Shown here one piece after another: positions 53,452 through 64,000 of a stretch of 64,000 nt of DNA; within the stretch, counting starts at the first letter, position 1; each line of letters starts with the position of its first letter. The position numbers and the translations under genes are program-made. Under the pieces are notes generated by a model, which searched no databases, was not told the DNA's origin, and saw only the letters and a list, made by a program, of their open reading frames with translations. The stretch is from Diplonema japonicum (lineage: Eukaryota > Protista > Euglenozoa: Diplonemea), in contig OZ025652.1 of the NCBI GenBank assembly GCA_964019335.1, positions 682,001 to 746,000 of the forward strand, written 5' to 3'.

Positions 53452-55439
53452 TCAGGACGGTCCTGTGCTCGCCTTGCAAGCCGCACAGCTACTCACGCAG
53501 AGTCAGATGCCAACGGAACAGGGAGCTCACCCGGCGGAGTTTGTATGGCAGGCTACGCGGGCATGGAGCTCCTTGAGGTACTTGTACAGGTCATCTACAG
53601 TGGGGTTGACGAGCGGCTTTGGGGCTTCATTCAGAAGCACCAGAGTGTCATTCATAATCTCCAAGCACGGCAACAACGACGGCTGGCTGAGCGTCCCCCC
53701 TAAGGAAGAGGGACTGGGTGATGACGGTGGTGTGAATCCCGCAAAGGCTGTCTGTATGGTTGATGTGATTGTTTCTTTAATGATCTTGTTCTGGTCTTTA
53801 AGTTCCTTTATCTCTTTATTGAGCAGCTCTATCTCCTTCTGTGACTCCTCCAGTTGCATCCCTACAACTTGTGCGTTCTCGGTGGCCTCTTGAAGTTTAT
53901 AACTGAAATTATCATTCATAGACCCCACATGTGCAAGCAGCAGAGCCGGTAGGTCATCTTCAGGCCCACCAGGCCCCCCTGTAACTTCGCGTACGGCGCC
54001 CAGTAGCTTCTTGTGCTGTTCGCGCATAGCAGGCGGGGGGCTGAAAATGTCTTTGCCCTTAAACAGTGGGTGCATCTCTGGCGTGTGGTTTGGAGACGAA
54101 GATATGTGTCTATTGCTATTCTTTCGTGTTGGAGGTTCTACTGGGGTGCTGGGAGGACACTCAGGGGTGTTATGAGAAGGTGTAGGCCGCTTGTCAGGCT
54201 TCAGGCCACCACGCAACTGCTTGAATTTAAATGAAAAAATAACTTGCTTCCGTACAGCAGCACGCACATCGCTGACAGTGCTGACTGGTATCCTGTTCAC
54301 ATGGGTTAGCATCCATCCCAAAAACTTCGGCGCACCACACCTTTCTGCTGCCGAGAAAGGCTCCACCCTCTCAAGAATAAGCTGTGTGTCACCTCTAAAT
54401 ACAGCACCAATTATCTCGTTTAATTGCTTATCAAACACAATCTCACATGCAGGATCGACAAGGGTGTTCTCGACAGTGTACACCGACAACCCGCGCCCCG
54501 TTGTGATCAAGAGTCTCTCGTTGGACACACCCACCATGCGTAGGCACTTGTCCTGTGTGGGGAAGACCGTCAAGGGGGGGATCTCGTGCTCTTTGTTTGT
54601 GATCCATCTGCTCCAAACTGCAACATAGGCGTTGTTGTCGACCACAGCAGCAACGTGAGAAGTGGTGAGTGTGAGGTTTGTGCCTCCCTTTACACTGCAC
54701 CAGACGCAGTTCCGCGTATCGGCGCTCCATGCTCTGATGTTTGCTTTATCACAGCTCCAAACAACATCCTGGTCAGTATCTACATGCAACATTGTGACTG
54801 CCTCGCTGCACTTCAGGAGGCTGGGTCTTCTGCTTGAGCCCTCTCCGTCAGCAGCCGCACCGTACTTTTCCCACACTCGGATAGTTTTGTCAAATCCACA
54901 AGACCAAACCACTCCTGCGTTGCTGCTAAACGGAACATGTGCCTGTAGTTGCTAAAAGTTGTTCTTAGTCATACCACATCGTACACTTCGCCCCTGTGCC
55001 CCGCTACCTTAGCCACCGCTTTATTGCCTTCCCATATCTTCAAGTAGCCGTCAGTCGAGCAACTCCATAATACTGGCTTTCCAGGCTTGTCAGCGATTAT
55101 CCGCAGTGCCATCACCTTTGATGCATGTGCTGCCCACGAGGAGTCGGCAGCACCTGTGTTGAATGATGTAACACGTCCGGACAAGCAACCGACGAAGCCT
55201 CTTTCAGGGGCATCTGCAATCACGATACAAGTGACAATATCTTGGGGCACAGGTGTGCGCATTTGATTGGTCCCAAAGGGTACAATGCGATTCTTCTCAA
55301 CATTGAAACTGTTTACACCAATACCGTCACCTTCACACCATATCTTCGTACCTCTTTCGTCTGTAGCAACGACTTTGTATCCCTTTGGTGTGGGGTGTGT
55401 GAACTGCTTCACCCCAAGCAAAACTCGTTCCTCGCCCAT
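53452..55439 (-). CDS. WD40-repeat protein with PDZ-like domain and coiled coil
   Basis: WSCSTDGYLKIW, WSCGFDKTIRVW; PDZ-like IGAVF..LERVEPFSAAERCG...LTHVNRIPV; introns 54943-54974 and 53489-53530. Confidence 0.8.
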
Positions 55440-55497
55440 GACACCAATACTCTACCTGTTCATGATTAAATAATTAACACAAGAAAATTAAAAAGAA

Positions 55498-55540
<43 letters not shown>

Positions 55541-55546
<6 letters not shown>

Positions 55547-55584
55547 ATTTAAGGGTACCTGCGGTATGTGGCAGGACGCCTGAA
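55541..55584. repeat. 44-bp repeat following a poly(A) run (second copy 61628-61671)
   Basis: agagacatttaagggtacctgcggtatgtggcaggacgcctgaa; the second copy differs only at the two CpGs. Confidence 0.85.
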
Positions 55585-56151
55585 TAAAAATAAATTGATT
55601 TTCATCAAGGTGCAATTGACATCACACTAACAAAAGCTACTCACTGTCATTAACTCTAAGAGTTAATGATATGAAAATGAAATACTAAACATGATGACAA
55701 TTCAGCAACAATGTTGACCACCAATACAGACATTGGAAGTACCAAAGTGCAATAGCTTCAGGAAAAAGGAAAAGAAAAACAAGTGGCCATAAAGGTGGCA
55801 CGCTGCAAGCAGTGTTGGCAAGGTGTCTTAAAATCATAATCAATTGTGGAAATTGAGGGGGGTGAGATCAACAGACAGGCACTCATGCAGTTTGCGCCTG
55901 TTCATCACCCTGAACATCTGCATTTTGGACCCACAATTTTGTGGTACTCACCCCCAATATGAATGTGAAGGCGGCCACTGTTAGTGGTCTTGTAGTTAGG
56001 TGCTTCCTCACCTTTTGGGAGGGCTGCAGGCCCTGTGCTCCAGTGCATTGTTTGGCCTTATAACAACATCCCAACGAACTCTATTGTGACCTAACTCATT
56101 TCGTGTGGGGAAAAAAAATAATGGCAATAATGGGATGGTTAAATTATATAT

Positions 56152-56363
56152 GAGTTAAAGGAGGCCGGTGTTGGCGGCGCCCTGCGCAAAAACTGTCTAC
56201 TTGATTACAGGGGCACACCGCGGCCGAGTTGTAGCTTCTTCTGCGTTCCGCGTTGTGTCCTTAATGCGTGCGGTGTACAGCTCAACCCTAGCCGGGGCGT
56301 CCCGGGTAACCAAGATTCTGCGCTCGTGCAGTTTACTGCCTGTTCGTCACCCTGAGTATCTGC
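56152..56363. mobile_element. Truncated copy of the 320-bp element, alternative end variant, mostly CpG-intact
   Basis: Shares ctacttgattacag...gtcaccctgag with 25828-26147. Confidence 0.85.
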
Positions 56364-56495
56364 TTTATTTATAAAAAAAAAGAAAAAAGAGGGAGGTTAA
56401 AGCCCAACTCACAGCCTTCACATGGCACCTCCTGTAAGTAAGCTTTGGCTGAAACCAATGTGAGCTATGGTAAACAAAAACAAAGATAGACAAGG

Positions 56496-56624
56496 GTGAG
56501 AAGGGTAGGTTTTAAATGAGAAGAGTTAACAGAAGGAAGCCAAAGAGAGCAGTAGTTTAAAAGTGAATTGGCAAGGGGGAAAAGAGGGAGGAGAAGCAGA
56601 TGAAAGGGAAAAGAAACATGCAAA
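56496..56624. repeat. ~130-bp purine-rich repeat (second copy 59996-60125)
   Basis: gagttaacagaaggaagccaaagagagcagtag...gggaaaagaaacatgcaa occurs twice. Confidence 0.85.
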
Positions 56625-56965
56625 CAGTGTTGGGTATGACCCCTCCCCTTGGCCGAAAAATGGGACAAGAGGGGAACCTCGGAGTGTGAGCAGTGTTGGT
56701 CAGTCCCATCCCATTCCCTAAAACGGAATACGGGCCTGGATGGGACTCATAGGACTCCACGGGACGGGACTCAACAGGACTCACAGGACTCTCCCCAACA
56801 CTGTCATTATTTTTGATAGTTTTGCAACTTTTTTTCTTCTTTTTTTTTCCCTTTGGAAAAAAAAAAAAAAATATATAGGGGGAAAAAAAAGAGAAAAAAA
56901 TCCTTGATTAAAGGACCTGCACAAGACTACTTGATTACAGGTGTGGTGTTCAGCTCAACTCCAGC

Positions 56966-58310
56966 CAGTGTTGGTCCAGACCCTTGAGGGACTCAGGGGA
57001 CTCCAAGGGACAGGACAGGAGTCCCCTGAAATTTTCAGGGGTCTGGAGGGGACTCAGGGGACTCAGGGGACTGGAGGGACTCAAGGGACTCAGGGGACTC
57101 AGGGGTCTGGAGGGGACTCAGGGGACTCTTGGGACCAAAAAATTTCTTTGTGTTTTTTGTGTCACAAAGGCCCAAATTTAGGCTGGGGCTTGCATTTTTT
57201 TGGCACTTTTGGTTTCAAAGGTTCAAAAAAAGAGGTCCTAGGTTTGGGTGGGACGTGAGGCAAGGCTCATACTACCTTGTTGTGACTATGTAAAAAAAAA
57301 AAAAAAAAAAAAAAAAATAAAATAAAAATAAAAAAAATGTCAGGGGGTTTGGAGACCTGCTTTGAAAAAAATATTAAAAAGAGGCCTTTGCAAGAAAAGT
57401 ACAAAGCAAAAAAAAAAAAAAAAAAAAAAAAGTAAAAAAAAGGGATGGGCAGTGCTGGCCAGACTGGTGGTCTGAGGGGTCTGGCCCACAAACCACCCCA
57501 ACACTGCAAATTTTCGACACACATGATGTATGCAACACAGGGTGCACAACACAGCATGTGTTTTATAACATGTACCACTATGCTGCACAGGGAAAAGCAG
57601 GTGTCACAATGCACCTCTTGGTGCACAATATACAAAAGGGAAAAAAAAAAAAAAAAAAAACTTTTATCTTCTTTTTCAGGTGGTGGGGATAACATGAAAA
57701 TATAAGAAAAACATCAGATGTGTTGTTCACTGTTGACCTCCTCATCTGTCATCACTGAGCAAACCACACAAGCACAGAATCTTAGTTACCTGGGGTGCCC
57801 TGGCTGGGGTTGAGCTGAACACCACACACATTAAGGACACAACACAGAACGCAGAAGAAGCTACAACCCGGCCATCCGGCCATTGTGATTAAGGAAATGA
57901 CATGGAACACAAAAAGCTACAACTCGGCCACGGTGATTAAGGACACAATGCAGAACACAGAAGAAGCTACATCCTGGCCATGGTGATTAAGGAAACGATG
58001 CAGAAAGAAGCTACAATCTGTGTGATAAAATGTGAGAAGACAAGAAAAAAAGAAGGAAAAAAAAAAAGGTAAACACATCATGTATGTCAAAAAGAAAATC
58101 AAGGATTTTTTTCTCTTTTTTTTTCCCCATTTTTTTTTTTCCAAAGAGAAAAAAAAAAAAAAAGTTGCAAAACTATCAAAAATAATGACAGTGTTGGGAA
58201 GAGTCCCATGAGTCCCATGAGTCCCGTTGAGTCCCGTCCCGTGGAGTCCCATGAGTCCCATCCAGGCCTGTATTCCGTTTTAGGGGACGGGACGGGACTG
58301 ACCAACACTG
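56966..58310. mobile_element. Non-autonomous DNA transposon derivative, CAGTGTTGGTC TIRs, 7-bp TSD CTCCAGC
   Basis: TIR CAGTGTTGGTC/GACCAACACTG; TSD at 56959-56965 and 58311-58317; subterminal GGGACTC arrays inverted at the two ends; splits a copy of the 320-bp element. Confidence 0.75.
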
Positions 58311-59612
58311 CTCCAGCCAGGGTGTCCTGGGTAACCAAGATTCTGCTCATGCAGGGGTGGGTCCCTTCCACCAAACTGAAAGTCGGAACTTGGCAGAATG
58401 GCAGAACTGGAACTTGGTGGAACAGGGAATTCCTTACCTTTTTTTTTGTTTTAACAATATTATTGTCAAGACTAAAAACTAGTTGATGGCAGCATAATGA
58501 GCTATTTTATTAGATAAAATTCCACTTGTGCACACAAACAAAAGGAGTGTCAAACTAGTTTTTTTTTTTTTTATTTCACTCTTCAGAAATTACTTCACAC
58601 TGGGGGGCCCATTGCTTCACACTAAATCTCATTACTTCACAGTGAAATAATGGCCTGTTTTCCGTGAAGTAATAGGGGGTTTCTGTTAAATAATATGCCT
58701 TGGTAGGCCAATTTTTGCCTTGGTTTGGTTCCCAGTGGGGCTACTTTTTCCTCTCAGTTTGCTATTTCCCCCCAGGTTCAGCTCAATTGGCCAACTTTTG
58801 CCTCAGCTCAGTTCCAAGTTGGACTACTTTTTTCCTCCCAATTTGCCCACTTTTGGTGTCTGCCAAGTTCCAGTTCCACTGTTCCACCAAGTTCCAACTT
58901 TTCAGTTTGGTGGAAGGGAACAAAACGACCCACCCCTGCATGAGCAGAATCTTGGTTACCTGGGATGCCCTGGCTGGGGTTGAACTGAACCTTGGGTGGA
59001 AAGGCAATATTGGGGTTGAAAGGTCCCAGGATTGAGGTGAAGAAGGTGCCACCACTGACACACTGCTATTGTTGGCAAAGTACTGGAGGTGAAGGAGGTT
59101 GCAGCCAAGAAGAAAGACCAACTGCTATTGCTGGGCAAAGAACCAAAAAAGTGAAATAAATTCCAAGAAAAAAAAAAAAAAAAAGCAAGTAAGAGGTAAA
59201 AGGTTTGAATACATGGTTAAATGGGCTATTAAATTCTTTTTTGATTAAGTAACCACAGCTGGGTACTTTAATTTTCAACCCATTTTGGCAACACTGGTAA
59301 AAATCTTGATTAGGAGATTTACACTTACTTTTAAATTCTTTTTTGATTAGGTAACCACAGCTGGGAAACCTACTTCAAGGAGCATTTTGCTTATCATCAC
59401 CCAAAAATTAGGCCAAAATTCCAAAAATACCATTCTAAAATGTTTTCTTGATTTTGTGATTTTCAGGTGGCCATTTAGACCCAAGGAAAATTCCTAAAGT
59501 GATTTTTGAAAGATTCAGTCCAAGTGGGGTCAAAACTTTCTATTGGCTGTTCAGAATTCCATTTTCAGGACCAAATTGGGTGTTCAAAAAAAAAATTTTT
59601 TTTTTACCCTCC

Positions 59613-59995
59613 CAGTGTTGTTATAAGAATGAGTTGCCCCCCTGAAATTTTTGGATTTTTACTTACTTTTTACTTCAGAATATAGTTTAGAGATGTGTAT
59701 TCCACCTAAACACCTTTCTGAACTTTTTGGTTTGCAGAAATGGGTTTATAAGGTGTTTTTAATATAAATTTCATGATTTCTGGCTTTTTCCAGAAAAAAA
59801 TTTTGGGGTCAAAAAATGGCCAAAGTGACCCCAAGTTTGGGGTCCCCTGGGAAAAAAAATTTTTTTTTTTGGCCAAAAATTTCCAAAAAAGTCTGTTTTG
59901 AGGGCACTATATAAATAAGGGTCCTGGTTAGAAAAAAAAATTTTTTTGCCCTCCCACCCCCCCACCCCCCTGGGTTTTTTCCTGTAACAACACTG
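59613..59995. mobile_element. MITE-like element with CAGTGTTGTTA TIRs
   Basis: CAGTGTTGTTATAAG ... CTGTAACAACACTG; no clean TSD found. Confidence 0.55.
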
Positions 59996-61264
59996 GTGAG
60001 AGGGTAGGTTTTAAATGATGAGAAGAGTTAACAGAAGGAAGCCAAAGAGAGCAGTAGTGAAAAAGTGAATTGACAAGGGGGGAAAAAGGGAGGAGAAGCA
60101 GATGAAAGGGAAAAGAAACATGCAAGAGGGAACAAGCCCTCCAAGCCAATCCCAAAGCATGGAATAACCCTACACTGCAGATCCAAGCTTGAGTACCACC
60201 CAACATCAACACTTAGGCACTGCCAAAGGCAGACCAGGTGTTGCTCACTCCTTTAATTGGAACCCCTCACAAGTGTAAAAAACATCTCCCTCCCACCTAC
60301 CTCCCTCTATCATTTGTGTTTATCAGTGTTTTATGAGGAAAAGGGGAAAGAAAAAAAAAGGAAAGGAGAAGAGGTAAAAAACCCACTTCTATTTTTTGGC
60401 AAATACTTGTAGATAAAGGACCCACAATTTTGTGGTATGAGTACTCACCCCCTCCCCAAAAGGTGAGAAAGCACCTGTTAAAAACTAGCAAGCTATGATT
60501 TGCTTGTGTTCTTCTTTTTTTGACTCTTTGATTTCTGTTTTCCCTTTCCCCCACCCCCACACACCCCCCTGGCTGGGAGGAGGGAAAAAGAAAGAAGAGA
60601 GAATGGTCTGGCCAGCCTAAAAAAAAAGAGGTTTATTTTTATAGCTATTTACTGCCAACAAGTAATGACTTTACCATTACCTCAAGGTTCTGCATTTTAC
60701 TGTAAGGGACTGCAGGGCCTAAGATGGTAAAGTGCAGAACCAAGAGGTTGGTAAAGCATTACTTGGTGGTAGGTAAGTGGTTTTATTTCACAACACTCAG
60801 AAATTACTTCACCATGAGGGGCACAACAGGGTGACAAGGGGTACAACAGGAGAGGGGTTACAAAGGTTACAATACAAGTTGTTTTTCCTCCTTTTGTTGA
60901 CTAAGAGCTGCTGCTGTTGCTGGCATTGCCACTGTCACCATCTCTAATCAGGCCTTCCCATACCTAGTGTGGCCACTGGCAGTGGGTGAATCCTAATTAG
61001 GACTAGACTGGACTGGACCAGACCAGACCGGATCTGGTGTGAATTTCGACCCAATTATGCCAGACTGACTGGACTGACCAGACTGGACCGGACCGGACTG
61101 GACTGGACTGAACCAGACCGTACAAGATACAACCACAACACCACATCCCCCCCTTTTTTTGCTGCAGAGTTCAAACATATAAACAGATGTCTACAAGAAA
61201 AGATGTTACACAGGTACTGAGAGACAACAACAACAACGAGAAACAAAGAAAAAAAAAAAAAAAC

Positions 61265-61591
61265 TGGGGCTTTGATTGCAACACTAGGTGGCATTAAGCA
61301 TGCAATGAAGCAAGAACTACCTACTTGATTACAGGGGGCACTCCTCAGCTGAGTTGTAGCTTCTTCTGTGTTCTGTGTTGTGTCCTTAATGCATGTGGTG
61401 TACTCAACCCTAGCTGGGGCGTCCCAGGTAACCAAGATTCTGTGCTCATGCAGTTTGCTGCCTGTTTGTCACCCTGAGCATCTGTGTTACGTTCTTCCAC
61501 TTGGGCACTACTGGTGATGACCGACAAGGAGGTCAACAGTGAACAACACATCTGATGTGCTTCTTATATTTCCATGTTATCCCCACCACCT
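61265..61591. mobile_element. Full-length CpG-depleted copy of the 320-bp element
   Basis: Colinear with 25828-26147. Confidence 0.9.
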
Positions 61592-61819
61592 TAATAAAAA
61601 AAAAAAAAAAAAAAAAAGAAAAAGAAAAGAGACATTTAAGGGTACCTGCAGTATGTGGCAGGACACCTGAAGAGTCTCAATCTATCTCTTGATCGAACCT
61701 TTCTGCTGTGGTGTGGCCTTTGGCCCCTCATTCACCCTCCTCAGTACCTTAGGTATAAAACCCTCAACCGAGTTGGTAAAAAAAAAAAAAAAAAAAAAAA
61801 AACTTTTATCTTCTTTTTA

Positions 61820-63150
61820 TGAAAATATAAGAAAAACATCAGATGTGTTATTTGCTGTTGACCTCCTCATCGGTCATCACCAAGCAAACCACACGAGTGC
61901 AGAATCTTGGTTACCCAGGGTGCCCCGGCTAGGGTTCAGCTGAACCCCACACACATTAAGGACATGACACGGAGCACAGAAGAAGCTACAACTCAGCCGC
62001 AGTGATTAAGGACACGATGCAGAATGCAGAAGAAGCTACAACCCAGCTGCAGTGCACCCCCTGTAATCAAGTAGACAGTTCTTGTGCAGGGCACTGCCAA
62101 CACCGGCCTCCTTTAACTCTTGTATATTATTCCAAAGGTGGTGGGGATAGCATGAAAAAACATCAGATGTGTTGTTCACTGTTGACCTCCTCATTGGTCA
62201 TCACCAGTAGCTCCCGAGTGGAAGAACATAATGCAGATGCTTAGGGTGACAAACAGGCAGCAAACTACACCACACACATTAAAGACATGACACAGAATGC
62301 AGAAGAAGCTACAACTCAGTTGTGGTGCACCCCTGTAATCAAGCAGACAGTTCTTGTGCAGGGCACCACCAACACTGGCCTCTTTTAACTCATATATATA
62401 TCATTCAGGTGGTGGGGATAACATGGAAATATAAGAAGTACATCAGATGTGTTGTTTGCTGTTGACCTCCATGTTGGTCATCACCAGTAGTGCCCAAGTG
62501 GAGAACATAATGCAGATGCTCAGGGTGATGAATTGGCAGCAAACTGCATGAGTGCAGAATCTTGGTTACCCCAGGTTGCTATGGCTGGGGTTAAGCTGCA
62601 CACTGCACACATTAAGAACACAACACAGAACACAGAAGAAGCTACAACTCAGCTGCAGTGCCCCCCTGTATCAAGTTAACAGTTCTTGTGCAGGCACCAC
62701 CAACACAATGAACAGGCATTTCCTCCATCCACTTGGCCGGTCATCACCTGTAGCACCCTGAGTGGAAGAACAAATTGCAGATGCTCAGGGTGAGTAAACT
62801 ACTTAGGGCACCAGCTGGGGTTGAGCTGCACACTGCATGCATTAAGGACATGACACGGAATGCAGCAGCAGCCAAGGTGCACCCCCTGTCACTGGTCTCC
62901 TTTACCTCTTTCATGTTATTTGGTGGTGGGGATCACAGAAATATGGAAATATAAGAAGTACATCAGATGTGTTGTTTGCTGTTGACCTCCATGTTGGTCA
63001 TCACCAATTGTGCCCGAGTGGAGGAACATATTGCAGATGCTCAGGGTGATGAACTGGCAGCAAACTACACAGGCCCAGAATCTTGGTTACCAGGGCCATG
63101 GCTGGTGTTGAGCTGCACACTGCACACATTAAGGACACAACACAGAATAT
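61820..63150. repeat. Head-to-tail tandem array (~5 degenerate units) of the 320-bp element in reverse orientation
   Basis: ggtggtggggata...catcagatgtgttg...gaatcttggttacc...cctttaactc recurs at about 61820, 62137, 62407 and 62921. Confidence 0.85.
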
Positions 63151-64000
63151 TGTGCTGTCAGTGTTGTGGTGATATAGTCACCACTTTCAACCTTGATGAT
63201 GCAAAGAGGAAAAAAAAGGGGGGGGGGGGAAACTACTTTGACACTCCATTTGTTTGTGTGCATGAGCAGAATTTTACCTAATAAAATAGCTCATTATGCT
63301 GCCATCAACTAGTTTTTAGTCTTGACAATAATATTGTTAAAACAAAAAAAAAAGTAAGGAATTCCCTGTTCCACCAAGTTCCGGTTTTGCCATTCTGCCA
63401 AGTTCCGACTTTCAGTTTGGCAGAAGGGAATGGAACAACCCAATCCTGCACAAGCAGAATCTTGGTTACCCAGGACACCCCGGCTGGGGTTGAGCTGAAC
63501 ACCACACACATTAAGGACACAACACAGAATGCAGAAGAAGCTACAACTCAGCTGTGGTGTACCCCCTGTGTCCTTTAACTCATATATCTCTCACCACAGC
63601 CAGGTTGTAGCTTCTTCTGTGTTCCACATTGATCACCACAGCTGGGTTGTATTACATCCAAATACAACATTTCCAGACATTTGTACATACCTGCAGCTGC
63701 AGTGCACCAGAGTAGATAGGTGCAAATGGCTTGATGGAGCTGTGCATGTCTGTGGTATGAAGAAGAAGAAAAAGAAAAAAAAAAAAAAAAATCATTGTCC
63801 AAAAATATTTGAAAAAAAAGTGTTTGCAGGTGTGTCAAAAATTGCAGAAAATTTTTGAGTCTGGTCAGTCTGGCTGATCTGGTCAGTCTGGTCAGTCTGG
63901 TAAAATGGGTACACCAGACTGGACCGGATTCACCCATCACTGCCACTGGCTCCTTTTTTTCTGCTGCTTCAGTATTTTGAAGTCTTTTGGGGTGCTTGGG

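Larger units (their letters stand above)
60980..63942. mobile_element. Composite non-autonomous DNA transposon, CAGTG(AT)GGGTGAATCC TIRs, 7-bp TSD CCACTGG
   Basis: TSD at 60973-60979 and 63943-63949; subterminal (CCA)GACTG(A) repeats on the left and inverted TCAGTCTGG repeats on the right; interior filled with 320-bp element copies. Confidence 0.75.

Noticed and set aside
56684-60002. One large element from 56691 to 59995 with TSD GTGTGAG/GTGAGAG
   Set aside because: The TSD has a mismatch and the two TIRs differ beyond 8 bp; not supportable.
61955-63150. Possible CRISPR-like repeat-spacer array
   Set aside because: Units are degenerate tandem copies without unique spacers; eukaryotic context, no cas genes.
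1-64000. tRNA, rRNA or spliced-leader RNA genes
   Set aside because: No cloverleaf, rRNA or CAGTTTCTGTAC-type SL core found by eye; a covariance-model scan would be needed to exclude them fully.

Overview
Eukaryotic nuclear DNA, most likely from a diplonemid (Euglenozoa). The lineage is inferred from a kinetoplastid-style 'STKPVL' insert in RPL24, strictly unidirectional gene packing, and many GT-AG introns, which kinetoplastids lack. Bases 1-55.4 kb hold about 28 protein genes, all on the minus strand and often only 35-130 bp apart. They are interrupted by about 28 tiny introns (22 of 28 are 30-42 nt) with A/C-rich, non-polypyrimidine 3' ends. Recognisable products: two DHHC palmitoyltransferases, PSMD9/Nas2, GAF, Sel1, PPR, a giant WWE-WD40-coiled-coil protein, a CPA2 cation/H+ antiporter, D-galactonate dehydratase, MEMO1, NASP-like, two RPL24, an RNPS1-like RRM protein, a MAP2K and a WD40-PDZ protein. 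Bases 55.5-64 kb are a gene-free nest of non-autonomous repeats: a ~320-bp interspersed/tandem element and CAGTG-ended DNA transposon derivatives with 7-bp target-site duplications. The most striking signal is extreme CpG-specific hypermutation of repeat copies. In one pairwise comparison 21 of 25 CpGs became TG or CA, against about 5 other substitutions, which suggests methylation-driven or RIP-like genome defence. All exon/intron models were read by eye and need RNA-seq confirmation.
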